DNA of 64,000 nt from Stegostoma tigrinum (taxonomy: Eukaryota): assembly GCF_030684315.1 (NCBI RefSeq), contig NC_081357.1:26541786-26605785 (forward strand). Reading direction: 5' to 3'. The position numbers and the translations under genes were made by a program. Position 1 is the first letter of the stretch; each line of letters begins with the position of its first letter. The notes beneath the pieces are model-generated. The model was given only the letters and a program-made list of their open reading frames with translations, was not told where the DNA came from and ran no database searches. Shown here piece by piece: positions 25,272 to 38,922 of this stretch.

Positions 25272-25944
25272 TGACATCAGTGCTATATCATGTTACTGCC
25301 CAGTTTCACTGACTTGTACTGTCTCCTGAACAATAAGAAGGGCCTGTAAAGTGCAAATTATTTTTGTAAGATCAGCTGAAGATACTACGCATAGAATCAT
25401 ATGGATAACAAAACATTTATTTGTCAACTAAAAAGTTCAATGGAGTGCAGAAATAAATAGGTCCATATATACTATAGAGTGACTAAGGTGTAAAAGAAAG
25501 TTGAAAGGCAGTTCATTCCTCCTGGACGTGGGTCTCAGTAAGGTTCTGTCCAGTCTCTCACCAGATAGGTCTATCAAGGACTCGTGCATGTTCACATCCT
25601 CATTTGCAGAGGATTATTCTTGACCTCCCATTTAATCTACATTCAGGACATTCCCCCTTTGGGCTCCAGTTATAAACGGCACAGCATGCCAAGATGAAGT
25701 GACACAGCCTTTGTGTTGCTATTGCAAGACCTTATCAGAAGAGCTCAAGTATCTGAACCTCATCTAAAGGAAGCTTCTAGTTTGTGCCACTATGGCCCAG
25801 TAAAAACACTGGCAGCATTATATCACCATTCTGGGTCAGTTGGAGGGTTTTGGAAAGTTTCATCAGTCACAAATGGAGGGGTAGCATTTGTGTCCCAACT
25901 GCTATCCCTATATTGCCCTTGGAAGTAAGCAGGGACTAGAGAAA

Positions 25945-26340
25945 TCTCCATAAGTCCAGAAGGTATAGAGGCAGAAGCCAATCAGCCCACAGAGACTGCT
26001 CCATCCTTGAACGAGATCATTGCTGATATGATAATCCTCAACTCCACTTTTCCATCTTTCCCTCTCCCCTGACTGATTAAAAACCTGTCTATCTTAGTCT
26101 TGAATATAGTTAATAATCCAGCCTCTATAGCCCTCTATGCCACTGATTCACATTGCACTGAGAAGAAATTCCTCGTTATTTCTGTCTTAAATGGGAGACA
26201 CCCTTCTCTTAGGTTTTGACCTCTGGTCCTAGACTGTCCTGCAACGGGAAACAACCTTTCTGCACCTTCCCTACAAAGTCCCTTACAAATCTTCTTTTTT
26301 CAATAAGGTCACCTCTCATTCTTGTAAACTCCAATCAGCA
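25945..26340 (-). mobile_element. CR1 3' fragment nested in the Harbinger transposase
   Basis: cataagtccagaaggtatagaggcagaagcc...gagaagaaattcctc...aggtcacctctcattctt. Confidence 0.75.
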
Positions 26341-26788
26341 CAGATTCTTGTATGTATTTGACATGGCAGGTCTGAAGATATCATGCACACATCTCCAGAA
26401 TCTGTGACAGATGACCTGGATACAGTGGAAGCCTTCTCAGTTGATGAACTCTGCACGTTGATGATAAGGGGCATTTATACCACTATGATGCAATCAGTAG
26501 CACCCTGAATCTGGGAAAAGCCAGCAATGTGGGAGAATTCCACAGTCCAGGCTGCTCAACTTTCCTCATCACTGGGAAGGATATAAACTAGTACAAATTG
26601 TGGAAAATGTCATGTGTCTTGCCGGATGTATTTTTGGACAGAGGATTGGAAGATATTCACTGGCATAAAAAATTCAGCATTACTGTTATCTTAACAACTT
26701 CTGGGTGGGATGGCCACCCATTCCTTCTGAGTACAAATCCTGCTCTAACCAGAGATACAGTTTGGTAATAATGATTGGGGCTTCCTTA

Positions 26789-27140
26789 GGGTGGCATGGT
26801 GGTTCAGTCGTTAGCATTGCTGCCTCACAGTGCCACAGACCAGGGTTTGATTCCACCCTTGGGCGACTATTTGTATGAAGTTTGCAAGTTCTCCCAGTGT
26901 CTGGATAGGTTTTCTCCAGATACTCCGCTTTCCTCCCACAGTCCAAAGACATGCAGGCTAGATGAACTGGCTATGCTAAAGTGCCCATTTTGTCTAGAGA
27001 TGCGCAGGTTAGGTGCATTTACCATGGAAAATTCAGGGTTACGAGGATAGGGTAGGGACGTGGGATGCTCTTTGGAGAGTCAATGTGAGCTCAATGGGCT
27101 GAATGGCCTGTGTCCATACTGTAAAGATTCCATGAATCTA
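26789..27140 (+). mobile_element. HE1 V-SINE (elasmobranch tRNA-derived SINE)
   Basis: ggtggcatggtggttcagtcgttagcattgctgcctcacag (A box), ggtttgattcc (B box), V-domain tttcctcccacagtccaaagacatgcagg, CR1-like tail. Confidence 0.88.
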
Positions 27141-28119
27141 GTCTGCAAGTCATTGTGCTTCAAGAAAATAGAGATCATGAGGCTAGTATATTCACGATCA
27201 GGTCATTTTCCTCCACTACCTTGGGGGGAATCTTCCCTTGCTACTTCTCTCTCTAGGGTGCAGCAGCACTGGAGGTTCCTTCTATTTGCTATCTTCTTTA
27301 ATGGCAATGTCTTATGGTCAGCAAACCCACAAGGCAATCTCCAAACACTAGTTCTATCTCAGATGAATGAATGCATAGTCTGTTAGAAATGCTTTAAATA
27401 GCATTACTGATTACTCACATCAATCTAAATTAAATAACAAGATAGCCTCACGCAATGTGTTATGGAAGCTTTATCAATGCAAGGAGGCCAATGCCATGTG
27501 ACAAGATGGAACCCTGTGCTCTATAACCTTATACAGATGTATATTGCAGCTCCAAAGCACCAATGTAACATGAGTTGAATTAAATGCTGGCAGTTCTCCA
27601 CTATAATAGAACCCCTCCAAAAAAGAACTTGCTTTAACATCACTGAGCATGCAATCTGATACTTCATTGGGTGTGGAATTTAGCAGCTCCAATGCATTGT
27701 CTTCCAGTGTCTGATATGAAAAACAATGCAGAAAAGGCCAAGCAGCTGAGGCTTTTAGCATGATTCTGCATAGCTTTGTACATCTGATATGACGAGGTAT
27801 TACATACATTACAATGTATGTAATGGTCACGATACAGATTGCATGATATATGATTAATACAATCAGGGCTGTACATGCAAATCATTGTTCTCTGTCCCAG
27901 AAGAGAAAAACAATAACTTATTCTGCTCAATATGTATGCATTGGCAGCTGTTTTATCTCCTTATGGCACTTGCATTGAGTTTGTTGTGAAGATGGCAAGG
28001 TTTCAGCTTTCTCTCCTTGTCAGTGAGGTACAGGTTCTATCTGAGACTAAAGTGAATCCCCTCCAGCCATCATGTTCCCGCAGTGTTCCTATCCCTGATG
28101 ATCTTTCAGCATAATCTGT

Positions 28120-29775
28120 TTTCATTCAGCTCCTTCATATCACTGTTAATTTTACCCTTTTACTCCCTGAGCCCATGGCTCTGAGAATAGTCATGCTCTT
28201 ATTGGCCACTGAATTTCCTCATACTGAGGTTATGGTGACTGTAAATTGTGTGAATGTCCGACCACAGATTACAGTCTTTTCCTATGCTGTACGAGATCAC
28301 TATCTGAACAATTTCTATCTGCACTTCCCCTTTCATCATCTCTCAGTAATATAGTTGAATGAACCTCAACCCCAAACTTGCACTTTCACCAGGATTGCAC
28401 AGACCGCCCCAGACAGAATATTAATACCCAAACCACCAGACTGACTTGGGACAACAGCCAAACTGATCCAGCCCCCAAATGGATATCTCCATACCACTCT
28501 GTCTGATATTATCCTTAAACTGGATATACTAGACCTGTAGGATTGATTGTGGTCCAATCCTCCAACTGCCAGGATACTGATCCCCAGATTGCTGTCAGCC
28601 AAGTCCCTGGACAAAGATCAGGAGCCCCCTGACTGACTATAGTTGAGTCAAAGTGACTGCCCTTGAAATCAAGGCTGCATTTGACTGAGTGTGACACTGG
28701 TGGTGACCAAAACCAGAGTCAATGGGAACCAGGAGGAAAACTTTTCATTGGTTGGAGTAATACTTGACACAAAGGAAGTCGTTTACGGTGGTTGGAGGTC
28801 AGTCATCTCGGTTCCAACTCTCTGCAAGAGTCCTTCAGGGTAATATCCTAGGCCAACCATCTTCAGCTACTTCAGTGTCCTTCTCTGCATCATAAGATCA
28901 GAAGTGTTCGCTGAAGATTACACAGTATTCAGCATCATTCATGATTCCTCAGATACTGAAGCAATCCGTGTTCAAATGTAGCAAAACCTGGATAATATCC
29001 GGGCTTGGTCTTTAAAGTGGCAAGTCACACTTGTGCCGCAGAACTGCCAGGCAATGAACATCTCTAATAAAAGGCAGCCTAACCATCGTCTCTGATAGTC
29101 AATGGTATCACCATACATAATCCCTCGCTATCAATCCTAGGGTGTTACCATTGTTACCAGAAACTGAACTGTACTAGGCACATAAACACAGTAAAAACGC
29201 AAGCCGTTCAGAGGCTAGGAATCCTGCAACAAATAGCTCACCTCCTGACTGCCCAAAGTCTGTCCACCATCTTCAAGGTATAAATCAGATTGTGATGGAA
29301 TATTTCCTACATGCTTGGGTGAGTGCAACTCCAACACTCAAGAAGCTTGACACGATTGAGGACAAAGCAGCCCACTTGATTACCACCACAGGCACAAATA
29401 TCCACTCTCTCCACCACAAATGCTTCGGAGCAGCAGTGTGTACTATATACAAGATACACTGCAGCAATTCACTAAGGCTCCTTAGGCAGTACCACTACCA
29501 TCTAGAAGAACAAGGCCAGCATATACATGGGAATACCACCACCTGCAAATTCCCTTTCAAGCCACTCACCATCCTGACTTGGAATTGTACAGCCATTCCT
29601 TCAGTTTGATGAGTCGAAATCCTTGAATTCCCTCTCTTTCAGCATTGTAAGTCTACCTACAGCACATAAACTACAGCAGTTCAAGAAGGCAGCTCACTAC
29701 CTATTTCTCAAGAGCAACTGGGATGGCCATTAAATGCTGACCCAGCCAGTGGCACCCACATCCTGTTTTTAAAAC
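28120..29775 (+). mobile_element. LINE family B, RT region to 3' end
   Basis: ORF 29292..29609 (MEYFLHAWVSATPTLKKLDTIEDKAAHLI). Tail taaatgctgacccagccagtggcacccacatcc. Confidence 0.8.
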
Positions 29776-31052
29776 ACTTCTTTCAGACCAGCGAGGATTG
29801 GCCCCTTCTGACTTTCAAACATGTCTATTAACTTGAATCACATACTTTGTGTTTGCTGCAAAAGCTGTTGTCACACGATGTAGGTATGAGATTGACGTAG
29901 CACGGTGCCATACAGCAACATATCCACTCCCTGCTGAAGTGTTCAATGCTCTGAATAGTGACAACCTACATGCCTCTTTGTCTGCACTAAACAGAAATAT
30001 AAGCCAGAGAAACTGGTGCTTTTATGTTATAGCTGACGATCCTGTGCGCTAAATACAATGGAAGCCAACAGAAGCTGGCCAAAGTCAAGCACAAGTAAGT
30101 GAGCACTAAGAAAGCAAGAGGCATCCTTTAAAGACACATGACATAAGTGTGTGTCCCTGCAGCCAAAACAATCTCACAAAAGAACGCAAGACATCAGTAT
30201 CCATAAGTTTCAAAGTGAAGTTCTGAATGGCTGAACTGGTGTGAAAGTTGTTTCAAAAGCAGCCAAGATGATGTGGTGAGGCTTATATTTCAGCGGTACA
30301 CAGTTGCATAGAGGAAAGATGGAACAGGATGTGTCAAAGGAGCTTGCAGGGAAATTGTGGTGATGGTGCAACTGAATAAGGCTTGGAGAAGCAAATAGTG
30401 AGCTAACTTTCGTGTTGGGATTTGACAAAGCCTAGTTACTCAGGAAATTGGGGAGCTGCAGTGAAATCAGCTGAGATTAGCCATTAATGAGGTGCAAGTA
30501 TTTGGAAATAAGATGGTTGTTGCTCATGAGTGAATTCCAGAATTGCTGCTTAAACTTTAAGGGAAAAATTAGTAATTTATTTTCTCAACATCATGAATCT
30601 GATTTTTCTATTCTCACAATATTTTCCAAAATGTCTTGGCATTGCCCATGCTGCTCAAGGCCTGGGTATGTCCCACCTTCTAGGTTTGTTAGTAATCCAT
30701 AAATACGCTAAACATTGTTAAGTTTGAGAAGTGATGGAAGACAAAAATACGTGCTATAAACACAATTATGAATAAATAAATTTAGTAATGAAATAGGGAA
30801 AAGTATGATGCAAAACAGTTGGAATTATGATGTAAGATGAGACAGGTTTCATAGACGTTACAAAAAGATTTTGATGATTGTGGTGGTTAAGTGGTATTTC
30901 AGAAAAGCAGTGCATGGAGGGTGTTGCATTTGGTGAAAATCTGAGGAATATTTTCATATCCCTTTATTTTATGATTATTAAACACCATGAGCAGAGACTG
31001 CAAAAAATGACAGCATGTGTTTATAACAAATTAACATCACAATGATACTGAC

Positions 31053-31276
31053 CTGAACCAACAAATGTCCTGAGCTGCAAAGATATGTGTCACTTGTTCT
31101 GTTGAAATCATTGATCTCCTTCATTAATCGCACTAAAGTCTCAACTAAACCTTTGTTGAGTAGGTCTTTGAGTAGAATCATATTTCCAGAAAGGAACTTG
31201 ATTGTTCCCATACAGTATATAAAAGCATCAATGTTACCAAATGGATCTGTAAAACTGAAGACCTCCATCAAGCAAT
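31053..31276 (-). CDS. ARMC2: ARMC2 exon (224 nt): (D)CLMEVFSFTDPFGNIDAFIYCMGTIKFLSGNMILLKDLLNKGLVETLVRLMKEINDFNRTSDTYLCSSGHLLVQ
   Basis: Acceptor gtattctctgcag, donor CAG|gtcagt. Armadillo-type motif AFIYCMGTIKFLSGN...SGHLLVQ. Overlaps ORF-track entry 30978..31271. Confidence 0.95.
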
Positions 31277-31599
31277 CTGCAGAGAATACACTCTTTATTA
31301 ATCTTATTAAATTGGTACAAATGATTAAAGTTATTTAACCAATATCTAACTTATATTTTCTTCACAAATGTCTTAAATAAGTCAAAAATCTAATATATAC
31401 TTGTTATAGCATATCGTGGTGCTCTTGGCTAAGTATCCTCCAAGCTGTGTAATAAATATTAGAGTCCTTAGAATTATTTATTTTGAATATTTTAAAATAT
31501 ATATTTGAAAGAAAGTGAAAATAGAATTACTGAAATATTATTTGGCAAATCTTGCAAAAACAGGAACGTCATAATGACACTTTATAAAGTTCAGGTTAG

Positions 31600-33440
31600 G
31601 CACCAAACCTTCAACATCCAGCTACATCCTGGTAAATCTCTTCTGATCCCTCTCCAGCTTGATAATATCCTAACTAGAAACTGGGCCACCAGAAGCGGAT
31701 ATAGTATTCCAGAACAGCCCTCACCAATGTCCTGTACAAAATCAACATATTATCCCAACTCCTAAACTCAAATGACTAAGCGATGAAGGCAAGTATGCCA
31801 AACCCCTTTTTAACTATCCTGTCTATATGTGATGCAAACTTTAAAGAATTATGTAGCTGCACAGCTAGGTCCCTCTGTTCCACAACACTACCCAAGGCCC
31901 TAAAATTAATTGTATAAGCCCTACCTTGGTTTGTTGTACCAAAATGCAACATCTCACATTTATCCAGATTGAACTCCATCTGCTATTTTTCAGCCCACTG
32001 ACCCATCTGACGCTTTGTAATCTTAAAAAACCTTCTTCACTGTCGACAATGCTACCACTATTGGTGTCATCTGCAAACTTACTAACCATGTCTTCTATAT
32101 TCTCATCCAAATCATTTATATCAATGACAAACGAAAGAAGACCCAAACTGATGCCTGTGGAACACCGCTGGTCACAGGGCTCTAGTCCTAAAAGCAACCC
32201 TTCATTGTTGCTTTCTGTCTCCTGCCATACAGTCAATTATGTATCCAACTGGCAAGTTCACCCTGAATCCCATATGACCTAACTTTATTGAATTGTCTAC
32301 CATGTGGAACCTTGTCAAAGGCTTTACTAAAATCCAAATAAACAATGTCTACTATTTTGTCATCAACAACCTTATTGATAACTTCCTCAAAAAGTGCAAT
32401 CAACTTTGTGAGACACAATTTTCCTCTCACAAAACCAGGCTGACTATCCCTAACTAATTTTTGTGTCTCCAAATGTCCATAATTCCCATTTTCTATAATC
32501 ACCTCCAACAATTTACCCACAACCGAAGTCAGACTTGCAGGTCCATTGTTCTCTGGTTTCTCCTTACAATCTTTCTAACTGAGGATTCCAATACCTTAGC
32601 CACTGTTAATACAACTGGCATGTAGTTTCTAGAACTGTCCTGACACCCTTTTCTGAAATTGGATGTCACATGTTCAATTTTCAGTCCTGACACCAACACT
32701 TCCTCCATATCTATGGAAAATTCAAAGATTAAGGCAAGCCCTTCTGCTACCTCCACACCTATTTTCTTTAGGACCTTAGGATGCAAATAATCTAAACCAG
32801 GTTACCTAGTCCCTTTAGGCATAGCAGCCTTTGCAACACCTCCTTTCTTTCAACTCTCACATGCTCCATTGTCTATGCTATCTCTGATTCTACTGACATT
32901 TGGTCAGATTCTTCTTCCTCAGTAAATACCAATACAAAAGACCCATTAAGTACTCTAGCTTTGCCTGCGCCTTTTACTTCTTTCTCCCTTATAGGACTCA
33001 GCCCATCTCTTTGTACCTGTCTACTACTTACCCACCGGCAGAAGATTTATCAGTTCCCTTTCACATTGACCACCATTCTATTTTTACAATCTCTCTTTGC
33101 CAAATGTACTTTCCTCTTCACCTGTTCACTCAACCTACTCTATTTTGCCAGGTTTCACTCTGAAGAATTCACATCGTACACCTTTGTTTTTTGCTTCATC
33201 ATGATCACTATCACTGTTATTTTCCAAGACGCCCATTTTGGCAGGGATTTTTGAGACTTTATCTTTCACTATTGTTGGAATGTACTTAGCCTGTATGTAA
33301 AGTATATCTTTCCTAAGAGTCACCCACTCATTGTCCATTACATTTTTTTTGTCAGTCTCGAGTTCAATTTTAAACAGACCAGAATCCTTCTCATCACAAA
33401 AGCACTGAGAATCAAAGGATACCATTATTCTTTGATGTGT
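31600..33440 (-). mobile_element. degraded CR1 ORF2 fragments
   Basis: ORFs with YLDFSKAFDKVPHG, SKFADDT and MEFNLDKCEMLHFG. Confidence 0.85.
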
Positions 33441-33469
33441 GTGAATGAGCACCAGAGAATGTTACTATC

Positions 33470-35830
33470 TTTTTCTTTTTTTTTAATTCACTCGTGGGAC
33501 ATATGTGTCACTGGCTGGCCAATATTTATCGCCTGCCCATAGTTGCCTTTGAGAGGTAGTGAAGAACTGACTTTTTGAACTGCTGCAGTCCACATGTTGT
33601 TGGTTGACCTACAAAGTCCTTTGGGTGGGAATTTCAGGATTTTGACCCAGTGACAGTGAAGGAATGATGATATATTTCCAAGTCAGGAAGGTGAGTGCTT
33701 GATAACACTGTTGATGACACATTCCATCACTTCACTGATGATTGACAGTAGACTGATGGGGCAGTAAATGGTCAAGTTTGATTTGTTCTGCTTTTTGTGT
33801 ACAGGATGTATCTGGACAATTTTCAGTATTATTGGGTAGATGCCAGTGGATATTGGAGTGGCACATTCTGGAGCACAAGTCTTCAGTACTATTATTGTGA
33901 TAACGTTTCCATGCATCTGCTGCCATTTGCCTTCTATATGGAAGTGGTCATGGGTCTGGAAGGTGCTGTCTAAGATATTTGATGAACTTCAGCAGTGTAT
34001 CTTGTAGATAGTACATACTGCTCCTTCAAAGCGTTGGTAGTGGATGGAGAGGGCGATTGTGAATGTGGTGCCAGCCAAGCAAGCTGCTTTATCCTGGATG
34101 GCAAGCTTCTTGAATATTGTTGCAGCTATACCCATCTGGGGAAGTGGGATCTATTCCACCACACACCTGAACCATGCCTTATAGATGGTGGACAAGCTCT
34201 GGGGATTCAGGAGATGAGTTTCTTATCACAATATTCCTAGCCTCTGATCTGATGTTGTAGCCACTGTGTTTATGTGGCATATCCAGTTGAGTTTCTGATG
34301 GTAATCCCAAGGATGCTGATAGTAGGCGATTCAGTGTTCAATAGTGGTAACACTATTGAATATCAAGGGGCAGTGGTTAGATTGTCTGTTATTGGAGATA
34401 GTCATTGCCTAGCATTTGTGTGGCACAACTATTATTTATCACGTATCTGGATATTGTCCAGATCCTGCTGAATTTGAACTTGCACTGCTTCAGTATCTGG
34501 GGCGTCACGAATGATGCTGAACATTGTGCAAACATCAGCGAAAATCCCCACTTCTGGCCTTATGATGGAGGGAAGGTCATTGATGAAGCAGCCAAAGATG
34601 GTTGGTGTAGGTCACTGCCTTGAGGAACTCCTGTAGAAATCTCCTGCAATTGAGATTACCAACTTCCAATAATCAAAACCATCTTCTTATGTGCCGCGTA
34701 TGACTTTAACCAGCAGAGAGTTTGCCTCCTGATAGCCATTGATTCCAATTTTGCTAGGGCTCCTTGATGCCACTCTCAATTGAATGTGGCCTTGATGTCA
34801 ACGGCTGCCACTCTCACCCTACCTTTCCAATTCAGCACTTTTTCGAACCAAGACAGTAATGAGGTCAGCAGCTGACTGGTCCTGTGGAACCCAAACTGGG
34901 TACCACTAAGCAGGTTATTATTTCTGAGCGGGTGCTGCTTTACTGCACTGTTCATGACACCCTCTGCTACTTCACTAATTTTCCAGAGGAAACTGATGGG
35001 GTAGTAATTGGCCAGGTTGGATTTGACCTGCTTTCTGTGTACAGGACATACCTGGGTAATTTTTCACATTGTCAGGTAGAAGCCAATGTTGTAACTGTAC
35101 TGGAGCATCTTGGATAGTGGATTTGCATGTTCAGTAAAAGAGACCGGACTATTACCGGAATGTTGTCAGGGCCCATAGCCTTTGTAGTATCCAGAACGTT
35201 CAACAATTCTTTGATATCATGTGGAGTAAATTTAATTGGTTGAAAACTGGTATCTGTAATGCTTGGGCCCACTGGAGCAGGCCTGAGATGGATCATCCGC
35301 TTAGCACCTTTAGCTGAAGATTGCCGAGAATGCTTCAGCCTTATCTTTTGCATTGATGTATTGGGCTCTTCCATTATTGTGGTTGGAGATACTTGTGCAG
35401 CCACTTCCTCTTCCAGTGAGCTGTTTAATTCTCCAACACCATTCATGACTGATGTGACAGGACTGGAGAAGTTAGATCTGATCCATTGGTCGTGGGATCC
35501 CTTAGTGCTATCTATCACGTGTTGTTTGTGCTGTTTGGCATGTCAAGTGGCCCCGCCTGGTAGCTTCACCATGTCGACATCTCATTTCTACAACCTGGTG
35601 CTGCTCCTGACATGCCATCCTTTACTCTCCAATGAACCAGGGTCGATCCTCCTGGCTTAGTGGTAATGGTTGAGTGGGAGATATGCCAGGCCATGGGGCT
35701 GTAGATTATGTTGAAGTGCAATTCTGCTGTTGTTGATGTCCCACACTGCCTCATGGATTTCCAGTCTTGAATTGCTTGATCTGTTCAGAATCTGTCCCAT
35801 TTAGCATGGATGATAGTGCCACACAACGCA
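33470..35830 (-). mobile_element. LINE family B (endonuclease-RT-3' end, partly rearranged)
   Basis: ORF 35072..35518 (FQPIKFTPHDIK...KAMGPDNIP), PVHKKQNKSN...PISLLSIISEVME, and a T-rich tail at about 33470. Confidence 0.85.
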
Positions 35831-37212
35831 ATTGATCTTACACCAAAGAGTTCACTATTTTTAATACTATCCATAACTGGAACACTAAGTGTTCAATTTA
35901 ATATACATTTTTCTGGTTAGCATGAACAAGCAAAATGAATAAAAAGCAAATTTCAATCTGTGGTTTTTAATTCTTGGTTTGCTTTCTATAAGAATCCTTC
36001 AGTTTGATTAGCTAATCAGCCTGCTTGATGATTTCATAGTTGACAGATCCCAGAATCCCTGCTGGTGTCACAGATTAAATGCTAGGATTGGATGGGAGAA
36101 TCAGATGTCTCTACATTTTTGGCAGTTTTATTCAAGCTGTGCAGCATAGTGTGAAATCTGTTCATTACTCCACACGAATGTATTCTCCTGTAATTTCCTC
36201 AGAGTTCTCGCCATTGACCACTTTAACCTTGGTGGAGTGTCATTGGATCCCTAATTGTATAGTGTGCTGTTAAAGTCCCTATAATTACATATTGATATAG
36301 TATAACCATAAAAGATATAACCGGTTTATGTCAGTTAATTTTCCATACAAACAAATGGTTCTAATCCTTTTTACCCACAGTGTTCTCATAGGACTTTAAT
36401 CTCACTTTTTAATCCATCCATTCAATCCAATTGAGTGTTAATATCTGTCAGGAACTTCAACAGAACTGGTCTGCTTCACTGCAGTAAGTTTCCTAAAAGT
36501 GCAGCAGACCCTGCCACCTAACTTTTAACTTTGACTACTGCCTTGGCCACGTTTTCAAGACTTTCCTCCCTAAACGTCTCAACCTTTCCACTTCCCTCAC
36601 TTTCCTAAATTCCCACTCTTTGATCTAGCTTTTGATCACCCATTCCAATGTCTCTATGTTAAAAAAAATGGCTGTGAAGAGCTTTAGAATATTTTCCTAT
36701 GTTAAAGCTGTAATGTAAAAGTGAGCTGTTGTGCTCTATTACTGATTTACAAATTCCCCCGGCATTAATTATTGTATATCTAGTTTTATGATAATTAAAA
36801 TACATTTAAACTGCAAAATTCTCCCTAATACACATATTGAAATTGTATTTGATATTAGGATTTTGAGGGTTGATGGCAATATTGAGGCTTAGAATTATTT
36901 TTAACAAGAGAAAATATCAAATTATGTTGCTGGTTCATGTTCAAATTGCAATATTGTTACACATTATTCAAACAAGTTCACTGGTGATACTAAACCACAC
37001 AAAGAAATAACTGAAAATGAAAGATGAACAGGCTGCATCAAATGTTCCATGAACTTAAAAAAAACAATTAATGTGAGACTACTTTTCAAAATGACTGATA
37101 GCATTCAATAGTATAACAATATTATGAAACATTACAGTATGACATACTCCATCATAATACTTCTATTTTTCAATATTTCACAATTTTAATATTTTTAGGA
37201 AGTTTAACTTAC

Positions 37213-37315
37213 CCAAAATGTTATCAGTTTGGAATAGAACATCATTATTCTCACTCCTACTAATTTTGAACATCAATTTACAGATGTTAAGAAGATTTCT
37301 GCCACTTACTTTCAG
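37213..37315 (-). CDS. ARMC2: ARMC2 exon (103 nt): LKVSGRNLLNICKLMFKISRSENNDVLFQTDNIL
   Basis: Acceptor ttcttttgtttctag, donor G|gtaagt. Matches recalled 'LKVSRKNLLNVCKLIFKISRNEKND'. Phase 0 in, phase 1 out. Confidence 0.95.
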
Positions 37316-37721
37316 CTAGAAACAAAAGAAATGACAAAAAGGCAACTAAATACAAAAATAAAATTTTTCATTGTAATACCCTATGAATATTCCTGAAGTT
37401 AACAATTACAAGTTTTTAATAATGTCATCACAATCACAAATTGTTTGTGGGCATCAGCACATATTAAAGACTTCAGAGCACATGCAGTAGACAATCAAAA
37501 GTACAATCAGAAAAAGTGGCCCAAGCTGTCTGGCAGCAGAGTTAACACTGAACATTCAGCTTTTGCTTCTACTAAACAGTAATGTGCTGAATTAATGATA
37601 ATATTTTTATTAATTATGTCAGTTTTGATGTTTAATATAAATTTGATATATACTTACTTACTAACAAAATAATATCCTAGATTTTTTGATTGACAAAGTA
37701 GTATCAGTCCTTGCTATCAGA

Positions 37722-37930
37722 GTCTTAGAGTCATACCACATGGAAAGAGACCCTTTGATCCAACCAATCCATGCCAAACATCATTCCAAACTGAAATAGT
37801 CCCACCTGCCTGCTTCTGGCCCATAGCCCTCCAAACCTTTCCTATTCATGTACTTATCCAAATGTCTTTTAAATGTTGTACTTGGGCCTATAAATACCAT
37901 TTCCTCGGGAAGTTCATTCCACTCACGAAC
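37722..37930 (-). mobile_element. CR1 3' tip
   Basis: agagtcttagagtcataccacatggaaagagaccc...ggcccatagccctccaaacc. Confidence 0.8.
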
Positions 37931-38257
37931 ATTATCAAATAATAAATCAGATTATAAGTCTGTTGACTGCACATGTGAAACTAAACATGGGAATCACGTC
38001 CAACTTGTCCTGCTTCTCTAGAATATTCAATATACTTTCAGCTAGAAAGATTCTATTGAATTGTGTGGAACATAATGAAGCTATTGTACTTAAAGTGATT
38101 GATAACTGCTGAGCTTGCCAGGAATGTTAGCACTTGCTAATCCATTTATAAATGAGCAAATTTATAATACCATGATAAGGCTACTGGTTATTAAACTACC
38201 TGTCTGGCAATGAAAATTATTTTTTTCTCGTCTATTTGGAGGAGATAGGGATTATGA

Positions 38258-38575
38258 GGGGAAATGGATAGTGTAGTGGTGATGTCAAGGGATTAGTAAA
38301 CCAGAGGCCCAAATTAATGCTGTGTGGATATGAATTCAAATCCTACTAAGGCAGTTGGTGGAATTTAAACACAATTCATTAAATCTGGATTTGAAAACTG
38401 GCTTCAATAATTTTTACCTGAGCTGGCCCACATGTGACTCTATACCACAGCAATGTGGCTGACTATTACCTGTTCTCTGAATTGGCCAAGTAAGCCATTT
38501 ACTTTAAGGGCAATTACAGATGAACAAAAAATGCTGGCCTCTGCCAATGAGACCCATATCCCATGAAAGAATAAT
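38258..38575 (+). mobile_element. tRNA-derived SINE (LINE-B tail)
   Basis: gtgtagtggtgatgtc (A box)...ttcaaatcc (B box)...gggcaatta...cccatatcccatgaaagaat. Confidence 0.75.
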
Positions 38576-38922
38576 TGTGTTAAAACGTCTAATTCATTCA
38601 GCTTTTAATTATTGCTGGAAATTACAAATAATTAACAGACGTAGGTAACTTTTTTATCTTTAATAATTACATCTTTCTTTCTCTTTCCTTTTATCACTTT
38701 CTCTACATTGTCACCATTTAATTAAATATTCTAACTTATACTGTCAATTCATTCTTGATGTGCCAGATTCATGAGAATAGTCTAATAAATTGCTAATGCA
38801 GCTGACTGACAAAACCTGGACTCATCAATTCTGTCAAAAATGGAAATACACTTCAGCTGCTAAAACCTAAAAGCCTTGATTAGGAACACGGCTCCAGAAC
38901 TCTATAAAAAGATCAAACTTAC

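Larger units (their letters stand above)
25560..27330 (-). pseudogene. Harbinger/PIF (HARBI1-type DDE) transposase relic, interrupted by CR1 and HE1 SINE
   Basis: Minus strand EFSHIAGFSQIQGATDCIIV (about 26485-26540), FIN*EGFHCIQV, MRFRYL and LCHFILACCAVYNW...QRG correspond to Harbinger motifs GAIDC.H, NRKG.HS, RFR.L and ACC.LHN. Confidence 0.8.
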
